From Patescibacteria group bacterium (lineage in GTDB: Bacteria > Patescibacteriota > Patescibacteriia > UBA2591 > UBA6264): a DNA stretch of 32,000 nt. Numbering within the stretch: position 1 is the stretch's first letter; each line of letters begins with the position of its first letter. The notes beneath the pieces were generated by a model that was not told where the DNA came from, made no database searches, and saw only the letters and a program-made list of their open reading frames with translations. Of this stretch, positions 1 to 9,082 are shown in pieces. Both the position numbers and the translations under genes were made by a program. The stretch is taken from positions 1-32,000 of the forward strand of contig JAQTOB010000003.1 of the NCBI GenBank assembly GCA_028713575.1, written 5' to 3'.

Positions 1-2492
1 TGGTTTATTTGTTTTTTGATTTTTTCCTCACCTAAAACAATTCTCTCCATTTCTGGCTGGGAAATGTCGGCAGAAACCATTATCTTGGCCCTGACTTTGC
101 CATTAATTTGAACAATTATTTCTTTTTTCTCTGTTTTAATTAACTGTGGGTCAAATGACGGCCAAAATTCTTTAAAAATGCTAACGGCCTTAGGATTTAT
201 TTTTTGCCATTGTTCTTCGCTAAAAAACGGCGCAAAGGGAGATAATAAAATCAAGAATTTTTCTAAAACTTCTTTGGACACCATTTTTATCCTTATCTCA
301 TTTATAAAAGACATTAAACAGGCAACCGCGGTATTAAATTTCATCTGATCAATATCTCTGGTCACCTTTTGAATGGTTTGATGCCAAAGGGGCGTCTTGC
401 TAATTTTTAAATCCTTGTTTTCATCCTTTTCCTTTAACCAATCATTGACATAAGATTCTATTTTATCTAAAAATTTTTTTACACCCATTAAAGCATTATC
501 ATTCCAAGCCATGGTTCCGTCAAAGGGTCCAATAAACATCAAATATAATCTTAAAATATCAGGCCCATGTCGGTTAAATTTTTTAATAACCTCTTCGGGA
601 ATAATGACATTATTTTTTGATTTGCTCATTCGTTGGCTGTCAGGTCCAAGAATTACGCCATGGGAAACCCTTTTAATATACGGCTCGGGATATTCTTTTG
701 GGACGGCATTGATATCCCATAAAAATTGGTAAATAAAACGGGAATAAAGTAAATGAAGGGTATTATGTTCGTCGCCACCAATATAAACATCAACCGGCAA
801 CCAATGGCTCAAAATATTTTTATTCTTAAAAAAAATGTTTTGAAAATTTCTAATTTTAAATTTCAAATTTCTAAACAATTTCAACTTTGATTTTTCATCT
901 AAATCAGTTTTTAATTTATCCGCAAAACAATAGGCAAGAAAATACCAATCCGAGCCGGCCCAATTCGGCATGGTGTCTGTTTCTCTTTCCGCCGGACCGT
1001 CGCATTTGGGACAGGTTGTTTTTATCCATTTCTCCATTTTAACCAAAGGGCTTTCTCCCGTATCTGTGGGCTCATAATGCTCTACTCGCGGCAATTCTAT
1101 CGGCAAATCTTTTTCATTAACTGGTTGCCAACCGCATTTTTTGCAATAAACCATGGGGATAGGTTCTCCCCAATAATGCTGACGGGAAAAAATCCAATCC
1201 CTTAAATGATAATTTTGCATTTTCTTGCCAATTTTTTTATTTGTCAACCATTCTATCATATAATCAAAAGCTTTGGCCGGAGTTAATCCATTAATTGGCG
1301 GAGAATTGACGATTTTGCCATTATCTACATCAGTATAAGCGGCTTGGTCAAAATCCCATTCATTTCCCGGCACAATAACCGGAATTATTTTTAATCCAAA
1401 TTTTTTAGCAAACTCCCAATCTCTTTGGTCATGGGCCGGGACCGCCATAATTGCCCCGGTCCCGTAACTGGCTAAAACAAAATCGGAAATCCAAATTGGA
1501 ATTCTCTCGTTATTCGTCGGATTAACGGCAAATAAGCCGGAAAATACGCCTGTTTTTTCTTTATTTAATTCCGTTCTTTCCATGTCCGACTTTTTCTTTG
1601 TTTTTTCCAAATAATTTTTAATTTCATCAATATTTTTGATTTTTATGTTTTTATTTTTAATTTTGAGAAGCGAAGCGACGAGCGGATGCTCTGGCGCCAA
1701 AACCATAAAAGTGGCTCCCCATAAAGTATCGGGTCGGGTAGTAAATATCCTTAAATCTTGGTTAAGTCCTTTTATTTTAAAAATTACCTCAGCTCCTTCA
1801 CTTTTGCCGATCCAATTAATCTGGGCGGTTTTGACTTTTTCAATAAATTTTGTCTGTTCTAAACCATTAATGAGCCGGTCAGCATAATCGGTGATTTTAA
1901 CTATCCATTGGCTTAAGCTCCTTCTATTAACCTCAGCGCCGCATCTTTCACATTTGCCGTCAACGACTTCTTCATTGGCCAGACCGATTTTACAGCTCGG
2001 ACACCAATTAATGGGCATTTCTTTTTTATAAGCTAATCCTTTTTTAAATAATTGAACAAATATCCATTGGGTCCACTTATAATACTTGGGGTCTGTGGTA
2101 TTTATTTCTCGGCTCCAATCAAAAGAAAATCCCAATATTTTCATTTGTTTTTTAAAAAACTCTGTATTTTCTTTGGTAATAATTCGGGGATTTTTCTTTT
2201 TTTTAATAGCATAATTCTCCGTGGGCAAACCAAAAGCATCCCAACCCATGGGGAAAAGCACTTCATAGCCGGCCATTCTTTTAAAGCGAGCATAAACATC
2301 CGCGCCGGTAAAAGAAAAGGCGTGTCCGACATGCAGGCCAGATCCGGAAGGATAAGGAAATTCAACTAAAACATATATTTTCTGCTTGTCTGAATTTTCT
2401 TGAGCCAAATAAATTCCCTCTTCGTCCCAAATCTTCCAAGTTTTCTCAATTTCTTTAAAATTTTGGCCATTTTCCTCTTGTTGATAACCCAT
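1..2492 (-). CDS. leuS: Leucyl-tRNA synthetase; C-terminal end runs off the window (absent from ORF track because no stop lies in the window)
   Basis: Own translation from ATG at 2492..2490: MGYQQEENGQNFKEIEKTWKIWDEEGIYLAQ. It contains FPYPSGSGLHVGHAFSF (HIGH-type), GWDAFGLPTENYAIK, TTRPDTLWGATF (CP1 editing), GGDEHNTLHLLYSRF and SQRMSKSKNN (KMSKS-type, about 620-650). The frame stays open to base 3. Confidence 0.95.
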   Translation of the reverse strand, partial: MGYQQEENGQNFKEIEKTWKIWDEEGIYLAQENSDKQKIYVLVEFPYPSGSGLHVGHAFSFTGADVYARFKRMAGYEVLFPMGWDAFGLPTENYAIKKKKNPRIITKENTEFFKKQMKILGFSFDWSREINTTDPKYYKWTQWIFVQLFKKGLAYKKEMPINWCPSCKIGLANEEVVDGKCERCGAEVNRRSLSQWIVKITDYADRLINGLEQTKFIEKVKTAQINWIGKSEGAEVIFKIKGLNQDLRIFTTRPDTLWGATFMVLAPEHPLVASLLKIKNKNIKIKNIDEIKNYLEKTKKKSDMERTELNKEKTGVFSGLFAVNPTNNERIPIWISDFVLASYGTGAIMAVPAHDQRDWEFAKKFGLKIIPVIVPGNEWDFDQAAYTDVDNGKIVNSPPINGLTPAKAFDYMIEWLTNKKIGKKMQNYHLRDWIFSRQHYWGEPIPMVYCKKCGWQPVNEKDLPIELPRVEHYEPTDTGESPLVKMEKWIKTTCPKCDGPAERETDTMPNWAGSDWYFLAYCFADKLKTDLDEKSKLKLFRNLKFKIRNFQNIFFKNKNILSHWLPVDVYIGGDEHNTLHLLYSRFIYQFLWDINAVPKEYPEPYIKRVSHGVILGPDSQRMSKSKNNVIIPEEVIKKFNRHGPDILRLYLMFIGPFDGTMAWNDNALMGVKKFLDKIESYVNDWLKEKDENKDLKISKTPLWHQTIQKVTRDIDQMKFNTAVACLMSFINEIRIKMVSKEVLEKFLILLSPFAPFFSEEQWQKINPKAVSIFKEFWPSFDPQLIKTEKKEIIVQINGKVRAKIMVSADISQPEMERIVLGEEKIKKQIN

Positions 2493-2494
2493 AC

Positions 2495-2522
2495 TTGACT
2501 TTTAAAATAATAATGTTAATAT
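2495..2522 (+). promoter_or_regulatory. Sigma70-like promoter for the LysM-CHAP gene
   Basis: TTGACT (2495-2500), 16-nt spacer, TG at 2514-2515, TAATAT (2517-2522). In AT-rich DNA -10-like hexamers are common, so the -35 carries most of the weight. Confidence 0.4.
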
Positions 2523-2575
2523 ATAAAAGTTATATAATTGTTATAACCTCTCTAATGTAGCATAAATTTTCATTT

Positions 2576-3739
2576 ATGCAAGATAAAAATTATTATTCAA
2601 TGGCGAAAAACATTGTTTTAAGCATTATTTATTTTTTCCGTTTTTTTCTTCCGGGACAAAAACGGATTTTCTCCTTTAAAAAATTCACTTTGGCTGGAAT
2701 TTTAATTCTAACAGCCATTTTTTCTTTTTCGCAAATAAATAAAAAACCAATAAATAAAGTAGAATTAAGTGAAGAAATTATTGTTGAAACCGGCTTGCCA
2801 ATCCAAGCTGAAGAAATAGAGCACGACTTTCAAATCGCGGCTTGGCGAGAACCAGATGATATTTTGGGGTTAAGCGAGGAGTCGGAAATCGCCTTAATTT
2901 TCGGGGGGAGCGTCTTGGTGGCGCCGGAAACGGAAATTAATGAAAAAGACATTTATCGCCAAACTCGCACCGAGATTGAAACATATATTGTTCAACCGGG
3001 AGACACGATCAGCACTATTGCCGAAACATTTGGTCTCAATTGGAACACTATTTTTTGGGCCAATAATTTAAACTACTGGTCAGTAATCAAACCCGGAAAT
3101 GAATTAAAAATTCTACCGGTAAACGGATTAACTCATACAGTAAAAAGGGGAGAAAATATTTCTTCTATTGCCAGCAAATATAAATCCTCGGTTGAAAAAA
3201 TCATAGAAATTAATAATTTAAGCGAAGAATTGGCGGTTCAGCCGGGTATGATTTTAATTGTTCCTGACGGCACTCCGCCGCCTGCCCCGACTAAACCAAA
3301 ATATGTATCTCCAAGTCCTCAATTAGTACAACAAAATTATTCTAATTATTGGGACTGGAGAAAAAATACTGATTGCCATTTATTTGTTTCCCGACAGTGC
3401 ACTGATTGGGCTGCCTTTAAGTGGGCCAGCGAACAAGGTCAATGCGTGCCATCTTGGAGCCATGCTCGATATTGGTTTAAAAACGCGCAAAAAGACGGCT
3501 ATGAAACCGGAAACCAGCCAAAACAAGGGGCAATTATGGCCCTAACCTGCACCAGCTGGATTTGCGGTTATTATGGACATGTGGCTTATGTGGAAGATTT
3601 TGACGAAAATACTGTCACTATTTCCGAAATGAACGGTTTAAAACGTTTAGAGCAATCAACTCGCTCTTTTAAAAATATCACTAATCAATGGCAGGGCGGT
3701 TGGAAAATTCTTGGTTATATTTATCCAAAAAACAAATAA
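2576..3739 (+). CDS. Secreted/membrane-anchored peptidoglycan hydrolase: N-terminal TM, 2x LysM, C-terminal CHAP amidase/peptidase
   Basis: Two LysM repeats (YIVQPGDTISTIAETFGLNWNTIFWANNL; HTVKRGENISSIASKYKSSVEKIIEINNL). CHAP-like Cys (SRQCTDWAAFKW) and His (YGHVAYVE). Hydrophobic N-terminus. Confidence 0.85.
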   Translation: MQDKNYYSMAKNIVLSIIYFFRFFLPGQKRIFSFKKFTLAGILILTAIFSFSQINKKPINKVELSEEIIVETGLPIQAEEIEHDFQIAAWREPDDILGLSEESEIALIFGGSVLVAPETEINEKDIYRQTRTEIETYIVQPGDTISTIAETFGLNWNTIFWANNLNYWSVIKPGNELKILPVNGLTHTVKRGENISSIASKYKSSVEKIIEINNLSEELAVQPGMILIVPDGTPPPAPTKPKYVSPSPQLVQQNYSNYWDWRKNTDCHLFVSRQCTDWAAFKWASEQGQCVPSWSHARYWFKNAQKDGYETGNQPKQGAIMALTCTSWICGYYGHVAYVEDFDENTVTISEMNGLKRLEQSTRSFKNITNQWQGGWKILGYIYPKNK

Positions 3740-3780
3740 AATAATGTTATTTAAAAAAATTATAAAAAATATATAATAAT

Positions 3781-3802
3781 GGGCGACCATCTGTGGTCGC
3801 CC
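3781..3802. terminator. Bidirectional rho-independent terminator between convergent genes
   Basis: Perfect 9-bp stem GGGCGACCA / TGGTCGCCC with loop TCTG. ATTTT follows on plus and an A/T-rich tract on minus. Confidence 0.75.
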
Positions 3803-3838
3803 ATTTTAAATTATGTTAAATTGAAATAAATTGTTCTC

Positions 3839-4678
3839 CTAATACTCCCACTGACTTCTAACTTTAAAGCCCCATTCTTTGGGAACATCTCCGTGAAAAT
3901 CAGAACCAATGGTGATTTCCAGGTCATTTTCTTTGGCAACTTTTTGCCAGTGTTCCATCTCACTCCAAGAATGATGTGAGGAAATTGCCTCTAGTCCGTC
4001 AAGTCCCATTTTTTTAAACTCAACAATCAGGCCATCGTCTCGCCAAGAAAGATGCTGTCCAGGATGAGCCAAAACCGTCCAGCCGCCGGCTTTTTTAATT
4101 AATTTAATCGCTTGGATAAAGGGGAGTGTTGTTTCCGAACAAATTAAATGTCCATCTTTTCCCACAAAATATTTAGCGATAATTTCGGTAATGGGAATAA
4201 TTTTACCGGGAAACCAATTAAAATCTTTTTTTATCCTCTTCCAATTTTGAGGATTTTTTTGAAAAGGCCCGGCCAAATGAATCAATCCTTGATATGAAGA
4301 AATAGTGTTAAAAACCTCTTTTTCATTTAATTTCCATCCGTCCATCTGAAGAATTTTAATCGCTTTTTTAATCCGGGGAATCCGTTGCCTCTGGAGTTCT
4401 TTTAGAGAAAAGCTCAAATTTTTATCACTTAAATTGAAATCATAGCCCAAAAGATGAAAAGATCTGCCCTGATAATCGGTGTAAATCTCCACCCCGGCAA
4501 TGGCTTTTAGCCCCGCCTTTTTTGTTAAAATTAAAAATTCATCTACGCCGTCAATCGTGTTATGGTCTGTTAGGGCAACTTTTTGAAATTTCTTTTCCTT
4601 TAATTTTTTGACCAATTCCTTAGGAGAGTAAATTCCATCGGAATAATATGAATGAAAATGTAAGTCCGTTTTTATCAT
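3839..4678 (-). CDS. PHP-domain metal-dependent phosphoesterase
   Basis: N-terminal DLHFHSYYSDG and ALTDHNTIDG, later HPG and SDFHG His/Asp clusters typical of the PHP fold. 4-bp overlap with the upstream gene. Confidence 0.8.
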   Translation of the reverse strand: MIKTDLHFHSYYSDGIYSPKELVKKLKEKKFQKVALTDHNTIDGVDEFLILTKKAGLKAIAGVEIYTDYQGRSFHLLGYDFNLSDKNLSFSLKELQRQRIPRIKKAIKILQMDGWKLNEKEVFNTISSYQGLIHLAGPFQKNPQNWKRIKKDFNWFPGKIIPITEIIAKYFVGKDGHLICSETTLPFIQAIKLIKKAGGWTVLAHPGQHLSWRDDGLIVEFKKMGLDGLEAISSHHSWSEMEHWQKVAKENDLEITIGSDFHGDVPKEWGFKVRSQWEY

Positions 4679-5721
4679 TTTGATTTTAGTTCTAAAATTT
4701 TTTTTCTGGCCTCTGACAATAAAGTGGCCATCCCCCTTTTTTTATATTCCTCGTTGGTTTCCACAAAACTTAAAACAGCCGCCATTTCCAGTATCTTCTG
4801 GGCTTCAAAATAAAGCAAGCGGTATTGCTGATTTTTATTTATATGGCCGCCAAAATATGATCTTAAAAATTTTTTTCTAATTTTTATCCCCGCTGAAGAA
4901 TAGGGAGCATAATAACGAAACATTGAGTCATTCTGAGCCAAAAATCCGCCCACATCTTCCAAGGGGTCTCCCCTAAAAGCATAACAAAAATCTATGAAAA
5001 AAAAGTTGTCTTGATGACAAACAATGTTCCCCCAATGAAAGTCTGAGTGAACTAAACTAAAATTTGATGGTGTTAAAAAAAATTCTTCGTGTTTTTTTCT
5101 CAAATCCCATAATTCTTTTAAGAGAAGATAAAATTCGGAATAAATTTCCGGCGCGCATTTTCTGACCAAAAAAAACCAATGCCTCCGTTCTTTTTTTTCT
5201 TGTTTAATGTCTTTAATTGGCAAAAATGAAAGTCCTTTTTTAAGATGATGAATTTTTTTTAAGAAAATCGCAGCTGAAGAAATTATTTTTAAAAGTGGCT
5301 TTATTTTTTTCTGAGATAAAAGCGTTTCTGAAGAAATCCCCGTCGTTTCTAAATAAAATAAAATGTTTAAGGGCTGATAATAATAAATAAATAAAGGGAT
5401 GTTGTCTCCGAGCCTGTTTTTGTTTAAAAATTTAAGAACGTTTCCGTCTCGCCGAGGCGAATCCTGAAATTTATGGGTCCTGGCTCTGATTATTTTTTCT
5501 CCAAAATCAGTAAATAATGTATATTTAAGGGTCATGTTTCTGAATTTTCCTCGAAAATTTCTAACCAAATCAATTTTTATGTCCTTTAATTCTTCTTTTT
5601 TGTTTAAAAAAAAATTTTTTCTTTTTTCAAAAAACAAAAGCATATACCTATAATCCAGGACCTTTTTAATGTTTCCTGTTTTAGGAATTTTGATAAAAAT
5701 CATAAATGCCTTGCCTCTCAT
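4675..5721 (-). CDS. Aminoglycoside-phosphotransferase/choline-kinase-fold (APH-like) small-molecule kinase, substrate unknown
   Basis: Catalytic-loop-like HSDFHWGNIV (HxDxxxxN) followed by FFIDFCYAFRGDPLEDV (DxD/DFG-like). Confidence 0.6.
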   Translation of the reverse strand: MRGKAFMIFIKIPKTGNIKKVLDYRYMLLFFEKRKNFFLNKKEELKDIKIDLVRNFRGKFRNMTLKYTLFTDFGEKIIRARTHKFQDSPRRDGNVLKFLNKNRLGDNIPLFIYYYQPLNILFYLETTGISSETLLSQKKIKPLLKIISSAAIFLKKIHHLKKGLSFLPIKDIKQEKKERRHWFFLVRKCAPEIYSEFYLLLKELWDLRKKHEEFFLTPSNFSLVHSDFHWGNIVCHQDNFFFIDFCYAFRGDPLEDVGGFLAQNDSMFRYYAPYSSAGIKIRKKFLRSYFGGHINKNQQYRLLYFEAQKILEMAAVLSFVETNEEYKKRGMATLLSEARKKILELKSK

Positions 5722-5890
5722 TTAGTCTTTTAATAAAGCGTCAAAACTAAATAAGGGAAATAAACTTTTTAATCTTGCCCAAATAAAGGGCTTCTCTAAG
5801 GGCAATGCCAATTCTATAAATACATATAAAGACTACGAATTCGCAGCATTTGTATGGTTAATTCGCATTAATTTGTATCGCTACTTTTTC

Positions 5891-7870
5891 TTATTTTTTC
5901 CTCTGTCTTGATATTTTAAATTTAAAACCGGGTTTACTCTTTTTATAAGAAATGATGGTTGTTTTTTCGCCACGATTATTTTTTTTAAAAAACACCTGTC
6001 GCCAATCTTTGCTCTCCACCAGAACAGATAAGTCTGCCGACTGGTGGAAGATGTCTTTTTCCAATAATCTTAAAATTTTAAAAACCAGGCTTTGATTTTT
6101 AACGATTATCTTTACTTTTCCCCGACGATGATGATAAAAACACTGTCCTGGTTGATGATAAATCTCCGTCCGGGAAAACTTCATCAAACTCATTTCATCC
6201 CAACCGTGTTCTCCTAAACAATACTCTATTTCTTTTGAGGGAATTTCGCAGAAATAAAAATTGTCATCTTTGTCCCAAGAAAAACCCAGGGGTCGTTCGC
6301 TTTGGTTTTGATTTTTTAATGTTTTTTTTATTTCTTCAAAAAGCTGTTTCGGTTGTTTTTTAATAAAATTATTTTTTTGCCAGTCAATAAAATGTTTCTG
6401 GGCAAAAAAAGAAAATTCTTCCGGCGCGTGTTCCCAATAATCTTTAAGTGAGGGCAATTGACGAACCTGACGCAGGTCGTCAACTACATGTAAAACATCA
6501 TGGACATCCATACCGCTTTTTAATTTATAAATCGCGTCGCGCCATTTAATGGCTTTTTCAAATTCTTGACTGACAACTGCTTTCTTCATCTCGTCTTCAA
6601 ATTCCAATATCATGGAATTAAATTGGCCGGCCAATACTCTTTTTTTATAAGGAACGGACTTCCATGTTTTCATAGCCCGACGATAAGCCCGCCTGATTTT
6701 TCCGCTCCGTTGCCAATCAAAAGCAATACCAATTATTTGTTGATAATAATTTTCCGCCTGTTCTCTTATTTTTAAAGAAACGTTCGGTATAGAAAAAACA
6801 ACCTGTTTCAGGGCGTGAGCTCCTTGTTCTATCATTTCTAATGACCACCACGGTTTGGCCGAGGCCCACCAATACTGATCAGATTGTATGGCCTTGTCCA
6901 TTTTGTCTCTTATTTTTTCATATCCCGATATTTGATGGTCAATTTTGTTAATTAAGCCAAAAACAAAATAAGTGAATTTCCATTGAAATTGGTGAATGGG
7001 ATTTTGGGGATGCGACCAAAGAGTAAATGAATGTTCCTTTTTTTTGTCCAGCCAGAAGTCCTGTTCTTCAGAAGACCAAGTGCTGTCCCTTGGCTCAATA
7101 ATTTCAGAAACGCCAAATTTTTCAATCAAGTCAGAAACAAAAACTTGCGGTATTTTTTTATTTTTATATATACTAAAAAGAAATTCTTCTAATCCCGGCC
7201 GATGATGACCAAATGTTTCCGCGTCCATTACAGTCAATAAATAACGGTCTTTCTTAATTTCTTCCTTTCCCGCTTCTTGTATAAAAGATTCAAAATGGCG
7301 AACAATGGCCGAAAGAATCAAAACGCTTATTCTTTTGTCTCTGAAAATTATTTTAAAATCATTTAAATCTTTGATTGAATATATTTTTTTAAAATCAGGC
7401 TTTGTTGGGGCGGCCAATTCTTCAGCGATTATCCAATCAAACCCCGCCTCTTTTGCCGTTTGCGCCACCTTTTTACTGTAAGCGAGCTCGGGAGAAAAAA
7501 ATCCTTGCGGTTGCCAGGCATCGCCAAAATATTTTTTATTGGTTCTGTTATTTAATTCTATTTGTCTTTTAATTTCCTCCTTTGGTAAAAGAGGAAGAAA
7601 GGGATGATATTTTACTCCGCCCGTAAATTGAACCTGTCCTCTTTTTGCCAGCATCTCTATTTGTTTGATAACATCTTGATATCCGTTTTTGAACAAGGTT
7701 TCGGTTAAACCAGCGTTTATGTTAATTGTTAGTTTTGCCTTCTTGTTTAAAAGCAATCCTTTTAAAATTTTTCTATAACTTTCCTCAACAATCCTCTCTA
7801 AAATATCCTTTTGTTGATTATATGGTTGATAAAAATGCAAAAAATTGGCCCAATGCATAAAATTATTCAT
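5891..7870 (-). CDS. Glycoside hydrolase family 57 protein (branching-enzyme-like) fused to a UVR motif and an unassigned ~200-aa C-terminal region
   Basis: WANFLHFYQP (GH57 region I-like), YHPFLPLLP, WIIAEELA, VMDAETFGHH (GH57 acid/base region). UVR-like LEFEDEMKKAVVSQEFEKAIKWRDAIYKLK at about 6511-6615. Paralog of 7867..9033. Confidence 0.75.
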   Translation of the reverse strand: MNNFMHWANFLHFYQPYNQQKDILERIVEESYRKILKGLLLNKKAKLTININAGLTETLFKNGYQDVIKQIEMLAKRGQVQFTGGVKYHPFLPLLPKEEIKRQIELNNRTNKKYFGDAWQPQGFFSPELAYSKKVAQTAKEAGFDWIIAEELAAPTKPDFKKIYSIKDLNDFKIIFRDKRISVLILSAIVRHFESFIQEAGKEEIKKDRYLLTVMDAETFGHHRPGLEEFLFSIYKNKKIPQVFVSDLIEKFGVSEIIEPRDSTWSSEEQDFWLDKKKEHSFTLWSHPQNPIHQFQWKFTYFVFGLINKIDHQISGYEKIRDKMDKAIQSDQYWWASAKPWWSLEMIEQGAHALKQVVFSIPNVSLKIREQAENYYQQIIGIAFDWQRSGKIRRAYRRAMKTWKSVPYKKRVLAGQFNSMILEFEDEMKKAVVSQEFEKAIKWRDAIYKLKSGMDVHDVLHVVDDLRQVRQLPSLKDYWEHAPEEFSFFAQKHFIDWQKNNFIKKQPKQLFEEIKKTLKNQNQSERPLGFSWDKDDNFYFCEIPSKEIEYCLGEHGWDEMSLMKFSRTEIYHQPGQCFYHHRRGKVKIIVKNQSLVFKILRLLEKDIFHQSADLSVLVESKDWRQVFFKKNNRGEKTTIISYKKSKPGFKFKISRQRKK

Positions 7871-9033
7871 TTTATTGTTTTTTTGATTTCTGTCGCCTTT
7901 AAAATCTCTTTTAATAAAAATTTTATTTTCTTCTTTTTATCTGATTTTAAATTTTTCTCCAAAAGTTTGAATATTTTTGAAAAATATTCCGCGCCAAGAA
8001 AAATCATACTTGGACCCCACCATGGTCGATTTGATGCCCACCAACAAGGGTCAGAAAACAGGGCTTTATCTAAAGTTTCTCTGGCCTCCACATAATTATT
8101 ATCTTTAACAGATTGATAAACCAATTTTAAAATCAATTTTGTAAGTTGTTTAAAATTTTTGTGAATTTGATTTTTAGGGTCTGACCATAAAGGATAAAAA
8201 TTGTTATTTTTAATATCCATTAATTCCGTTGCCCAACTGGATTTTAAAGGACTTACTTTCTCCGTCTGGCCCGTTTTCAATAATCCCAGATACTGGGAAT
8301 AATTAATCATAACAATTCGGGAATCAAGGGCTATTTCTTTCCAAATATCAATTAAATAATTTTGATGATGTCCAAGATTTTCTCCATCAAAAGCCGTTAT
8401 TAAAAACTTATTTTTTCTGCCGTTTCTTCCGGCTGCTGAAAAAAATTTGTCAACTGAATCAAGCCAATCGCCAAAAAACGTCGCACTCAGTCCGCGATTT
8501 CGGAAAACAATTTTAATTTCTTTGTTAAGAAATATTTTTAATTTATAAATTTTATCAAAACTTACTTTGCCAAAATTTCCTTGATAGGCTATCTCGTCTA
8601 AAGCAATCCATTGATATCCTTTTTGCCTGATAACTTTTGCCGCCCTTTTACTATAGGCCATTTCTGGAAGGAAAAATCCTTGTGGTCGCCAAACAGCGCC
8701 AAAATATTTTTTGTTTATTTTTTCGTTCAAATCAATTTGTCTAATTATTTCTTTCTTGGGTAAAAATGGCAAAATTGGATGATAAGCGGCAGACCCCGTT
8801 AATTCTATTTGTCCATTTTCTGCCAATTTTTTGATTCTGATTATAATGTCCTGATGGCCAGAAGCACTCAATTGTTCGGTTAAAGACGCGCAGATATTCA
8901 AACTTATTTTTATTTTTTGACAAGATTCTAAAATATTTAGAATTCTATTATAAGATTCAAAAACAACCTCATCAATGATTTTCTTTTTTTGTCCTGGCGG
9001 TTGATAAATGTGCAAAAGATTGGCCCAATACAT
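7867..9033 (-). CDS. Glycoside hydrolase family 57 protein (catalytic domain only)
   Basis: WANLLHIYQP, YHPILPFLP, WIALDEIA, TAFDGENLGHH. Aligns along its full length with the N-terminal 390 aa of 5891..7870. 4-bp overlap with that gene. Confidence 0.75.
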   Translation of the reverse strand: MYWANLLHIYQPPGQKKKIIDEVVFESYNRILNILESCQKIKISLNICASLTEQLSASGHQDIIIRIKKLAENGQIELTGSAAYHPILPFLPKKEIIRQIDLNEKINKKYFGAVWRPQGFFLPEMAYSKRAAKVIRQKGYQWIALDEIAYQGNFGKVSFDKIYKLKIFLNKEIKIVFRNRGLSATFFGDWLDSVDKFFSAAGRNGRKNKFLITAFDGENLGHHQNYLIDIWKEIALDSRIVMINYSQYLGLLKTGQTEKVSPLKSSWATELMDIKNNNFYPLWSDPKNQIHKNFKQLTKLILKLVYQSVKDNNYVEARETLDKALFSDPCWWASNRPWWGPSMIFLGAEYFSKIFKLLEKNLKSDKKKKIKFLLKEILKATEIKKTIK

Positions 9034-9082
9034 AAATGTTTCGTTAAATTAAAATTTTAAAATGAAAGGTAAAAAATTATTT

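Noticed and set aside
511-2369. Track ORFs 511..732, 1636..1887, 2052..2369 (+) and 2141..2365 (-)
   Set aside because: All lie inside, antisense to or out of frame with the continuous leuS reading frame, which has clear class-I synthetase motifs. Their sequences are low-complexity with no motifs.
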